A DNA stretch of 64,000 nt, from positions 26,206 through 90,205 of the IMG/VR virus record IMGVR_UViG_3300045595_000041. One strand, given 5' to 3'. Shown in pieces: positions 10,269-18,794 of the stretch (the first letter of the stretch is position 1; every line of letters begins with the position of its first letter). The position numbers were made by a program, and so were the translations under genes. Under the pieces are notes generated by a model. It worked only from the letters and a program-made list of their open reading frames with translations, was not told where the DNA came from and made no database searches. The stretch comes from a virus (lineage: Duplodnaviria; Caudoviricetes).

Positions 10269-13200
10269 ATGTCATACATAGGACTTCATCAACACGCTGA
10301 TTCTTCATGTTTGGATGGTTTTCAAACTCGTCAAGAACTTGTTTCAAGAGCAAAAAGTCTTGGCATGAATGCTGTAGCTATAACAGATCATGGAACTTGC
10401 GCAATTCATGTCAAGTTTGCGCAAGAATGTGCTAAGCAGTCAGATGACAATCTTACTATCAAGCCGATATTCGGTATAGAGTCATATCTTGTAGACGATG
10501 TTCATGATATCATGACAGACAGGATAGCTCATACTAGAGCTGGAAAAGTCAAATACAATAAAGAGACTGGCGAGCCTGAATTAGAGAAGCAAAGAGCTTC
10601 AGACTTCAATCATTGTTGCTTATGGGCTCAGAATGACAAAGGCTTGGAGAATCTTTGGACTGTGTCTACTCTTTCATATACTGAAGGGTTCTACAGAAAG
10701 CCACGTATTGACTTCAATATGCTTAAGAAGTATGGTGAAGGCTTGTTCATATCCGACGGTTGCATGCTTTCTAGAGTATCAAGATGCATAGCTAACGATG
10801 ATATCAAAGGTGCAGTTGCATGGGAAAAGAAGCTTATTGATGCTGTTGGCAAAGAAAATGTGCTTGTAGAGATTCATACATGGCAATTCTGTGACCCAAA
10901 GACTGAAGAGCAGTTCAATCTAAATAGCATAATGACGAAGACTAATAAAGTCAAGATTGAAATTGCTAAAGAGCTTGGTCTTAGAACTATAGCAGTCAAT
11001 GATGCTCATTATGCAAAAAGAGAAGACTATCGCTGGCATGAGCTTGTATGGCAGTCAACTACAGGAAAAGGTAGCGATCTGAATGATGACAAGACTAGTG
11101 GTCGTGGAGAGACAGCCGCTTGGGTCATGTCCGAAGATGAATGCTTCTATTGGCTAAAGAAGCATGGTCTTGATGACGAAGACATTCAGACAGCTATAGA
11201 CAATACTCAATGGGTTGCAGATCATTGCAATGCAAAAATCAAATTCGGCATGGTGCCACCACGATATGGTGACTCTAAGGAAGACGATGACAGACTGCTT
11301 GAGAAGCTTGTCTTAGAGGGTGCTAGAGAAAGAATTCCTTCTGTAGATCAAGCTCAAGAATATATGGCAGAGCTTAAGAAAGAGCTTGAGCTTATAGAGA
11401 AGACAGACTTGTCAGGATACTTCCTTATTGTCTGGGATTATGTCAACTTTGTCTTGTCAGATGACGAAGATGGTTCTAAGTATGGAATAATAGGCAAGAA
11501 AGCTTCACTGCTAGGTTGCGGAAGAGGCTCGAGTGGAGCTTCAGTAGTATGCTACTTCTTAAGGATTACTAATATCGATCCAATAAAGAACAGACTGTAT
11601 TTCGAACGCTTTCTTACTGCAGGTCGTGTTGTATCGTCTGTCAACATCAAGTTTGAAGATGGATGGAAGAAATTCTCACCATCTGAAAAGATAGCTCTAT
11701 CTGATGGCACAAGCAAAGATGCATGGAAGCTTTTGTATGAAGAAGATGATACAGAATATGGGAAAGAGTTAGATTCTAGTTTCGATTTCAAAGACTGTCC
11801 AGATATCGATCTTGATTTTGAAGCTTCAGTCATTCCACAAGTAGATGCATATCTTAAGAAACGCTGGGGCGAATGGAATGTGTGCAGAATCGGTACTGAA
11901 CTGCAAGGCAAGATATCTACTGCTGTTCATGACGTGTTTGCTATCCATGGATACTCTTCTTCAGACATATTCAGTCTAAATCGGAAGATTGCTGCAACAG
12001 GCTGGGATACTGGTGAATATATGGAGCTTCAGACTTATGAAGACTTCATAGAATGCATATCTAAAGATGAAGACCTTAAGAAGATTGTAGATGAGACAGA
12101 GTACTTCAAAGAAGCATGGAATTTCGGTGGAAGAATCAGGACATATGGCGTACACGCTTCAGGATATGTGATATCTAAGAATTCGTTGCTTGGCAAGATT
12201 CCTCTTCGTGTTGCACAAGGTATTCTTGTCACGCAATTTGCTCATGATCAAGTTGCAGACATGGGATTCATAAAGTATGATGTTCTGAAGCTTTCTTCTC
12301 TTGGAACTATACGTGAAGTATATGAGAATGTACACGGCAAGATCGATCCAGATCGCATCTATTCTGAAATGCAGAATGACAAGCTATTTGATGGCGCTAC
12401 TATATGGAAGCAGACATGGGATGGGGATGTCTTGGGCATATTCCAGCTAGATACTCCATTAGGCAAGACGACTGCAACTAATGCTATGATCAATTCAGTG
12501 TCTGACGCTGGCATGATTACTGCTGTTGACAGGCCAGGTCTTGTAAGAAGTGGGCTTATCAAAGACTTCTACAAGGTCAGAAAAGGCGAAGAGGGATGTC
12601 CAAGCTACCATCCATTCACAGATTCTATTCTTGAAGAGACTTCAGGCTTTGTCGTATATCAGGAGCAGATCATGAAGATCTACTCTAGACTATGCAACAT
12701 GAATATGGAAGAAGCAGACAATGTAAGGAAGGTGTTCTCTAAGAAGCAAGTCACTAAAGTGCCTGCAATGAAGAAGTTGCTTTATGACGCATGTCTTAAT
12801 GACAAGAACTTCATAGACAATGTTCCTACGAAGTACTCATCTCCTGAAGAATGCCTTGACGATCTATGGGTTGGAATATCAAGAACAGCAGAATATAGCT
12901 TTAACTCTGCTCATGCAAAAAGTTACGGGATGATAACAGCATATGAGCAGTACATGAAGGTCAGATGGCCATTGCTTTTCGTATGTGCATCTTTGAATAC
13001 AGATCCAGGTCAGACAGATTTTTTGAAGTATGCTATAGTCCATGGATACAAAGTCAAGACTCCGAATGTCAATAAGTCTACTGACAGATATGTAGTCGAT
13101 GATGATACGATATACATGCCCATGTGGTCGATAAAGGGTGTTGGTGGCAAAGCTGTTGAAGAGATTCTCAATAACGGTCCATATTCATCATATGACGATT

Positions 13201-13766
13201 TTCTAGACAAGACTACTGGAAGAGGTGGACGCAAGAAGAATGTGCTTCAAAGTCTAATATCAATAGGTGCTTTCGATGGAGTAGATGAAAGAAGCAGATA
13301 TGACCTGATGTGCGCATTTGCAGAATCTAAAGGGCTAGAAAAACCATACAAGAAGAATTTCGAATCAGACAGAATAATCGCTAAGATCGAGCAAGAGCTG
13401 CTAGGCGTATCACTGTCATATGACGATGTATTGGACAACAAAGACTGGCTTATGTCTGAATCTCCTCAATCGATGGCAGGCCTTATGAAGACTGATGTAG
13501 GTGAGTCTACTAAGATTGCTGGCAAGATAACATCTACTAAGACTAAGAATGCTAAGAATGGCTTGATGGCATGGGTAACGCTTAAGCTAGTGTCTCAAGA
13601 AGAAGTCAAGATAACAGTCTTTGCAAATTCGTATTCTAGATTCAAAGACTATCTTTCTACTGGAGACTTAGTATCGATAATGTGCAAAAGAAGCTCAGAT
13701 TTCAATGGTGCTCCATCATTCATATGCAACTATGTATTCAATGAATCTATGCAGCAAGACAAATAG
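10269..13766 (+). CDS. dnaE: DNA polymerase III alpha subunit
   Basis: PHP domain (LHQH...SCLDG, AITDHG, NDAHY), GRGS, FERFL, PDIDLDF, HASG, KYDVLKL, VYQEQIM, YSFNSAHA, C-terminal OB fold. Confidence 0.97.
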   Translation: MSYIGLHQHADSSCLDGFQTRQELVSRAKSLGMNAVAITDHGTCAIHVKFAQECAKQSDDNLTIKPIFGIESYLVDDVHDIMTDRIAHTRAGKVKYNKETGEPELEKQRASDFNHCCLWAQNDKGLENLWTVSTLSYTEGFYRKPRIDFNMLKKYGEGLFISDGCMLSRVSRCIANDDIKGAVAWEKKLIDAVGKENVLVEIHTWQFCDPKTEEQFNLNSIMTKTNKVKIEIAKELGLRTIAVNDAHYAKREDYRWHELVWQSTTGKGSDLNDDKTSGRGETAAWVMSEDECFYWLKKHGLDDEDIQTAIDNTQWVADHCNAKIKFGMVPPRYGDSKEDDDRLLEKLVLEGARERIPSVDQAQEYMAELKKELELIEKTDLSGYFLIVWDYVNFVLSDDEDGSKYGIIGKKASLLGCGRGSSGASVVCYFLRITNIDPIKNRLYFERFLTAGRVVSSVNIKFEDGWKKFSPSEKIALSDGTSKDAWKLLYEEDDTEYGKELDSSFDFKDCPDIDLDFEASVIPQVDAYLKKRWGEWNVCRIGTELQGKISTAVHDVFAIHGYSSSDIFSLNRKIAATGWDTGEYMELQTYEDFIECISKDEDLKKIVDETEYFKEAWNFGGRIRTYGVHASGYVISKNSLLGKIPLRVAQGILVTQFAHDQVADMGFIKYDVLKLSSLGTIREVYENVHGKIDPDRIYSEMQNDKLFDGATIWKQTWDGDVLGIFQLDTPLGKTTATNAMINSVSDAGMITAVDRPGLVRSGLIKDFYKVRKGEEGCPSYHPFTDSILEETSGFVVYQEQIMKIYSRLCNMNMEEADNVRKVFSKKQVTKVPAMKKLLYDACLNDKNFIDNVPTKYSSPEECLDDLWVGISRTAEYSFNSAHAKSYGMITAYEQYMKVRWPLLFVCASLNTDPGQTDFLKYAIVHGYKVKTPNVNKSTDRYVVDDDTIYMPMWSIKGVGGKAVEEILNNGPYSSYDDFLDKTTGRGGRKKNVLQSLISIGAFDGVDERSRYDLMCAFAESKGLEKPYKKNFESDRIIAKIEQELLGVSLSYDDVLDNKDWLMSESPQSMAGLMKTDVGESTKIAGKITSTKTKNAKNGLMAWVTLKLVSQEEVKITVFANSYSRFKDYLSTGDLVSIMCKRSSDFNGAPSFICNYVFNESMQQDK

Positions 13767-13770
13767 ATTA

Positions 13771-13856
13771 ACGACGTTGTTCTCTGTTGACTTAGAATAT
13801 TAAGTATATATAATTATATATATAGTATACTAGGTATTCACAGAGATAAACGTGAT
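13771..13856 (-). repeat. 86-bp imperfect palindrome, copy 2 (inverted orientation)
   Basis: ACGACGTTGTTCTCTGTTGACTTAGAAT...TATATAATTATATA...CACAGAGATAAACGTGAT, immediately after the dnaE stop. Confidence 0.95.
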
Positions 13857-13903
13857 GATTCTGAGTATATAACAGGCTTCAATCTAATAAAGGAAATATC
13901 AAA

Positions 13904-14104
13904 ATGGCTATTCTTAATGGCATAGAGAAAGATATCGACAATGCTTTGCATTCTGTATGCGAAGTACTGACTACAAATGACAATCTTACAGTCATTGAAT
14001 CTGATCTGCTTACGCAGTCTATAGCACATCTTGGTTCAGCTAGAACTTTGATAAAATCAGCTAAGATATCATACAAAGGCAGCTTTGGAGGTTCAAGCAA
14101 ATGA
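13904..14104 (+). CDS. Small hypothetical protein
   Basis: AAAGGA RBS, ATGA overlap with next gene. Confidence 0.55.
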   Translation: MAILNGIEKDIDNALHSVCEVLTTNDNLTVIESDLLTQSIAHLGSARTLIKSAKISYKGSFGGSSK

Positions 14105-14970
14105 TTGACATGCCATATAGAAAGCGAAAGCAAGTATTCGTTCTAGATTCTAATCTGCTTATGATGAAGTCGGCAGCAGTCTTCAGAAATCTTAGCCTTG
14201 AGTCAGGTGAAGAGTCTGGAATAGTCTATGGCTATGTCAGCAAGGTCATGAACATGATATGGCAAGATATGCCAGACTATTTTGTGCCATTGTTTGACAA
14301 TGGACGATCGAAGTACAGGACTAACATCAGAGCAGAATACAAAGGCAACAGAGGCAAGAAGTCAGATTCTAAGATAAAGCAGTTCGAAGCTTGCAAGGAG
14401 TTCACTAGCCTGCTTGGATTCAATCCATATTGCATTGCGAATACAGAAGCAGATGACCTTGCTGCAGCAATAGTAAGCAAGTATGCTAGCAAGTACTACA
14501 TCAAACTGTGGTCTGCAGACCATGACTGGCGACAATTGCTTAGAGACAATGTAGTGCTCGTCAAGGAGCTAAAAGGCAATAGCGAGCTCATAACAGAAAA
14601 GAAGGCGACAGAAGAGCTAGGTCTTGACATTCATAGATGGCCAGAGATTGCTGCGATAGTCGGAGATCCTGGTGATGGAGTATATGGTCTGAAGGGCTTT
14701 GGCTATGGAAAAGCTAAGAAGATGCTGTACAAGTATGGCGATCTTTGGAATGCTGTAGCTAACGATGACAAGCTTAAGCCATATTCGAAGACTATTCTTG
14801 AGAACTACCAGCTTACGATCTTAGACGGCTCTATTGCAGAAGAGCAGGTCAATATAGAAGCTCATGACATACGTAACATAAAAGACATAGACAGAGAAGC
14901 GTTGTATGCTTTCTTTGATAGGTGGCAACTGAACAAGGCTAAGAAAGACTTCGAGAATGAATTCGTCTGA
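14101..14970 (+). CDS. 5'-3' exonuclease (PolI N-terminal/FEN-like)
   Basis: LDS, FD, YKGNR, EADD, SADHD, H3TH motif VGDPGDGVYGLKGFG. Confidence 0.92.
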   Translation: MIDMPYRKRKQVFVLDSNLLMMKSAAVFRNLSLESGEESGIVYGYVSKVMNMIWQDMPDYFVPLFDNGRSKYRTNIRAEYKGNRGKKSDSKIKQFEACKEFTSLLGFNPYCIANTEADDLAAAIVSKYASKYYIKLWSADHDWRQLLRDNVVLVKELKGNSELITEKKATEELGLDIHRWPEIAAIVGDPGDGVYGLKGFGYGKAKKMLYKYGDLWNAVANDDKLKPYSKTILENYQLTILDGSIAEEQVNIEAHDIRNIKDIDREALYAFFDRWQLNKAKKDFENEFV

Positions 14971-15697
14971 TGCATTGTCTAGCATAGAGTTTATGCCTGA
15001 GAATGTTCCAGTCTCAGCTAATTTCAGCTCAGATGACGCATACTACTACTGCGATGAATGCGGAGACAGGTTCGATTCTATAGGAGCTCTCAACTTTCAC
15101 AAGACTAGCTTCCACTATGACAGATGGAAAGACATTGACAGTGCGCAGTATGATGCTGGACAGACATGTCTCTATAATGGCACTCAATGGCTATGGGGCG
15201 AATTCAAGAAGGAGCATGCTTTGCCAGATGTAGTCTTTTCGTTCGACTATGACAGATACATACATAGAGACGACTACGACAAGAACATCATGCCAGCATT
15301 CTTCAAAGACAAATGCAAAGACTTGCGAACAGGGCTTATGTACGATCTTTTGTCTTTCAGCTATCAATGGAAGATGCTTGACCCTTATGCTAAAGCTGCT
15401 TCTCTAGCACATACAGCTGCTCACATAGAGTACATGAATAGTGGAAGAGTCGTTACTAAGAAGTTCAGCCATGGAAGAGTCTTCAAGAAGATAGCTGAAT
15501 CATATCTGCTAGAATGCTCAAGAACGCAAAATGGCTGGGATGCTACTTATGCTACTAAGAAGTTCAAAGACAGATACAAGGGAGCATGCAAAGAGCTTGC
15601 AAGATATCATCCGCTTGCCGTAGTAGAAGAAGGAAGAAGAAAGAAGCTATGCAGCGCAGAAAGTAGCAAGCTATGCAATCTTCCGAAACTGATCTGA
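14957..15697 (+). CDS. SprT-like protein with N-terminal C2H2 Zn finger
   Basis: CDECGDRF...LNFHKTSFH; LAHTAAH (HExxH variant) followed by HGRVFK. Confidence 0.55.
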   Translation: MNSSDALSSIEFMPENVPVSANFSSDDAYYYCDECGDRFDSIGALNFHKTSFHYDRWKDIDSAQYDAGQTCLYNGTQWLWGEFKKEHALPDVVFSFDYDRYIHRDDYDKNIMPAFFKDKCKDLRTGLMYDLLSFSYQWKMLDPYAKAASLAHTAAHIEYMNSGRVVTKKFSHGRVFKKIAESYLLECSRTQNGWDATYATKKFKDRYKGACKELARYHPLAVVEEGRRKKLCSAESSKLCNLPKLI

Positions 15698-15762
15698 TTT
15701 TACTTTCTGCAATTGATGTTATATAATTAAATTATAAAAAATGAAAAACGAAAGGATATGTT

Positions 15763-16422
15763 TTGGGTAGACGCAAAAAAGACAATCCAAAATACAAAGA
15801 AGACGGATTCGTCACAACGAATCTTGATACTGGAATGCAGATCGTCGATGGAAGCAAATGTCTTAATGACTACCATCTTACTAATGACATAACGATGTTT
15901 TCAGATGCGATTATGTTCGCATTCAAATACAATATAGTCGTCAACATCTCTGAATGGTGGCTTGACAATTCTAATGACTTATCAGACGGAAGGATCTACA
16001 TTGAGAATATGGGCTTTGAAGTCAGCAAACTTCTTCCTAGCATGAAACTATATGATCCGTGGCTTAATGATGATCTGTACTGGCTTAAGTCATGGACACC
16101 TGGTGCGAATGTCAACAAGTTTTCTAGCTGGTCTAATATAGAGCACGATACGCCTAGAATACAGCAAGTAGAGCATATACGAGGACCATTCGATCGTTTT
16201 GACAAGTATGACATTGACAAGTACTTCAAAAGAGAAGACGTTCTAGAATGGGATGCTGACGTTGATGAAAGACGTAACTGGCAGAAGAATATAGAAGAGA
16301 AAGGTGTTCTTTCTACAGAAGAAGGCAAGAACCTTCATTATGAAGAGTCTTCTGGATTGAGCATCGCTGGCAAAATGTGGAAGCCTAGCATCAAGAAGAT
16401 AAGGGAAGCTGAACTGTCATGA
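15763..16422 (+). CDS. Hypothetical protein
   Basis: Promoter at 15696, AAAGGA RBS, TTG start. Confidence 0.6.
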   Translation: MGRRKKDNPKYKEDGFVTTNLDTGMQIVDGSKCLNDYHLTNDITMFSDAIMFAFKYNIVVNISEWWLDNSNDLSDGRIYIENMGFEVSKLLPSMKLYDPWLNDDLYWLKSWTPGANVNKFSSWSNIEHDTPRIQQVEHIRGPFDRFDKYDIDKYFKREDVLEWDADVDERRNWQKNIEEKGVLSTEEGKNLHYEESSGLSIAGKMWKPSIKKIREAELS

Positions 16423-17114
16423 ATGTCTTGACTTTTGATTTGGAGACTACTGGCCTTGATTTCGATTCAGACCAGATCACTCAATTTGCTGCAATGCGTT
16501 TTAGTGATGGCAAGATAAGGGAATTCCAGTTCAAGCTACCAGCAACTAAGCAATTGTCAGAAGCAGCAGCTGAGAAGACTGGATTCGATCTTGATAGTTT
16601 GAAGAAAGATTCGCCATTCAATGACTACAATGAAGCGCTTAAGAATGCTTTGAACGTAATAGTCTCTGCTATATCTAATGACTATGTGATTTGCGGATAT
16701 AATGTGTCATTTGACTTGACTATGCTTTTCAACAATGCTGCAAGAGAGCTTAACGTCAACAAGACCGCTTTAAGCAAGCTGTTCAATATTGCTTTGGTAT
16801 ATGATGCATATGTCATTGACAAAGAATACAGACGCAATACTAATGGAATGTCAAGGCGTCTTGTAGATGTTGCAGACTTCTATGAAGTGCCAAGCAAGCC
16901 CAATCATGATGCGAAGTATGATGTAAGAGCTACATTTGAAGTAATGCAAGCTCAGTTGCAATCGTATAACGACAAGCTTGGAGACAGCAAAGAGCAAATA
17001 TGCAAAGATTGCAAGCTTGCAGCTATTGCACAAAGAGAATCTCTCAATATGTGGCTAAAGACTAAAGAGCATGAGAAGCTTTACGAGGGATTCCCTATTC
17101 TAAAAGAAGCATGA
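16419..17114 (+). CDS. DnaQ-like DEDDh 3'-5' exonuclease
   Basis: FDLETTG, GYNVSFD, HDAKYD motifs. Confidence 0.9.
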   Translation: MNVLTFDLETTGLDFDSDQITQFAAMRFSDGKIREFQFKLPATKQLSEAAAEKTGFDLDSLKKDSPFNDYNEALKNALNVIVSAISNDYVICGYNVSFDLTMLFNNAARELNVNKTALSKLFNIALVYDAYVIDKEYRRNTNGMSRRLVDVADFYEVPSKPNHDAKYDVRATFEVMQAQLQSYNDKLGDSKEQICKDCKLAAIAQRESLNMWLKTKEHEKLYEGFPILKEA

Positions 17115-17167
17115 CTTATTTTTACTATCGATTTTACAAATGCAGAATTTTGTATTATAATAAAACT

Positions 17168-17290
17168 ATAAGGTTTAATCCAATCATAATGCGGTTGCCT
17201 TGAAACGGTTGAGGCTAGTTAGATTCCTTTCAGACCTTGATTGTTTCGTTAATTGTTGCATGCATCTTAATGGTGCATGCAACTTTAATC
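17168..17290 (+). ncRNA. Putative ~120-nt small RNA
   Basis: Promoter 17130-17161, no ORF, internal hairpins, 12-bp terminator-like stem 17255-17283 followed by T-rich run. Confidence 0.45.
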
Positions 17291-17314
17291 TTTGCAATTC
17301 AAATATTGCATTTT

Positions 17315-17379
17315 GGGTAATATGGTACTGTATGTAGAGTGTTCTGTATATTGTTGATGTTCGATTCATCAGTTACCTA
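17315..17379 (+). ncRNA. tRNA-like RNA lacking a D-arm
   Basis: Acceptor-like stem GGGTAAT/GTTACCT plus canonical T-arm TGATG-TTCGATT-CATCA; single central hairpin. Confidence 0.4.
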
Positions 17380-17490
17380 CGCAGTTTCAGTAGGCTATGA
17401 GTTAGCAGCATGACGAAAGTCATCATGGTTATATGTGACCACTAACGAGCTGAATGCTATAGCATACAGTCTGGTGCAATGCCAGACATT

Positions 17491-17564
17491 GCCTTTGTAA
17501 TTCAACTGGATAGAATGCCCGTCTTCTAAACGGGATGTTGCGAGTCCGAGTCTCGCCAAAGGCA
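17491..17564 (+). tRNA. tRNA-Arg(UCU)
   Basis: Acceptor GCCTTTG/CAAAGGC, D-arm ATTC/GAAT, anticodon arm CCCGT-CT TCT AA-ACGGG, T-arm GCGAG-TCCGAGT-CTCGC; no encoded CCA. Confidence 0.92.
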
Positions 17565-17590
17565 CGATGATTGCGGTCTATCATCAAAAC

Positions 17591-17667
17591 AGCCCGCTAT
17601 CCCCTCATACTTATAATATGCTGAAAGGGTAATTGGTGACATAAGAGTTCAAGTCTCTTGCGGGCTA
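17591..17667 (+). tRNA. Non-canonical tRNA-like RNA with UAU (Ile) anticodon loop
   Basis: Acceptor AGCCCGC/GCGGGCT, T-arm AAGAG-TTCAAGT-CTCTT, CATA-CT TAT AA-TATG hairpin; no D-arm in the normal position. Confidence 0.6.
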
Positions 17668-17774
17668 CTTCTATTATAAAAAATGAAAGGAAAGATAGAC
17701 AAGACAATAGCACGAGATAACGCAACTAATAGCATAATATACGCAATAATTAGCACAAATAGAAAGAATACAAT

Positions 17775-18596
17775 ATGTCTAACTATCAAGATCTATTCGA
17801 ACAGTATCGCAAAAAAGTAGAGTCTTCGAACAATTACGGAAATAGCGTCAATCTCATTGGTGTTACGGAAGAAAATCCGAAGATCTACATCCAGCTTCTT
17901 CAGAATGGGCTGTTCGCTATTCCATTCTATCGCTACCATAAAGTGTTTGACGGTGGCAAGAATCGAAACTTCATTGCTCGGTCATTCCTTGGCAAGCCAG
18001 ATTTCATTCACGATCATTTTCATGAAGACCCTAAGCCTCGTTATGTAGGTAGAGTCCTGCAGCTTGATCGAGACGGCAAAGACTTGACTCCAATGATTGA
18101 AGACATTGTCACTACTCAAGAGAAAGCTGACAAGGTGCTTTCAAAGTTCCCGAATCTTGAGCATTCAGATGGCAATGGCAAAGTAACATTCAAGAATCTG
18201 TATCGAATTGGCTTCATCAATGTCGGAAAATCTGTTGATGATGAGGTAGCTGGCATTCTTGAAGAGTTTGGAGACATTACGTCTACGCCGCTGTCTTTCT
18301 CTCGCAAAGGTGAGAAGCTAGAGACTTCATACAGTGTCATTCCAGCTAGGGAAGCTAAGCTAGATGCAGACATTCTTACAGCGTCAGTTCTTGCTTCTGG
18401 TACTATCGACGACTATGTCGATATCTTTGCATCTGAGAAGCGATACAACAAAGCATTCAATCTGAATCAAGACTCTGAAAGCAAAGCTGCATCAGAAGAG
18501 TCTGTTGCTTCGAAAGCAGATGAAGATGATGCAGAATCTAAAACAGACAGCAAGCAAGATATCGCTGCAGCAATCAATGATCTGTGGAAAGACTAG
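17775..18596 (+). CDS. Probable single-stranded DNA-binding protein
   Basis: Directly upstream of recA; SRKGEKLETSYSV motif and acidic C-terminal tail resemble gp32-type SSBs. Confidence 0.55.
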   Translation: MSNYQDLFEQYRKKVESSNNYGNSVNLIGVTEENPKIYIQLLQNGLFAIPFYRYHKVFDGGKNRNFIARSFLGKPDFIHDHFHEDPKPRYVGRVLQLDRDGKDLTPMIEDIVTTQEKADKVLSKFPNLEHSDGNGKVTFKNLYRIGFINVGKSVDDEVAGILEEFGDITSTPLSFSRKGEKLETSYSVIPAREAKLDADILTASVLASGTIDDYVDIFASEKRYNKAFNLNQDSESKAASEESVASKADEDDAESKTDSKQDIAAAINDLWKD

Positions 18597-18794
18597 AAGT
18601 TCTGTAGAATCTAGATCATTCTCAGATTTCGGTTCATTCACGAACATATAAGATGAGTTCATGCCAGTCTCTGCATCATAAGAATATTATGGATATAGTA
18701 TTATATATTCAATTGATTAGCTATGGTCAGAGATTGGCATTCTCATTATTTTTCAACTGATTCAGATTCACGTTGTAAGGCAAAAGAATACAAT

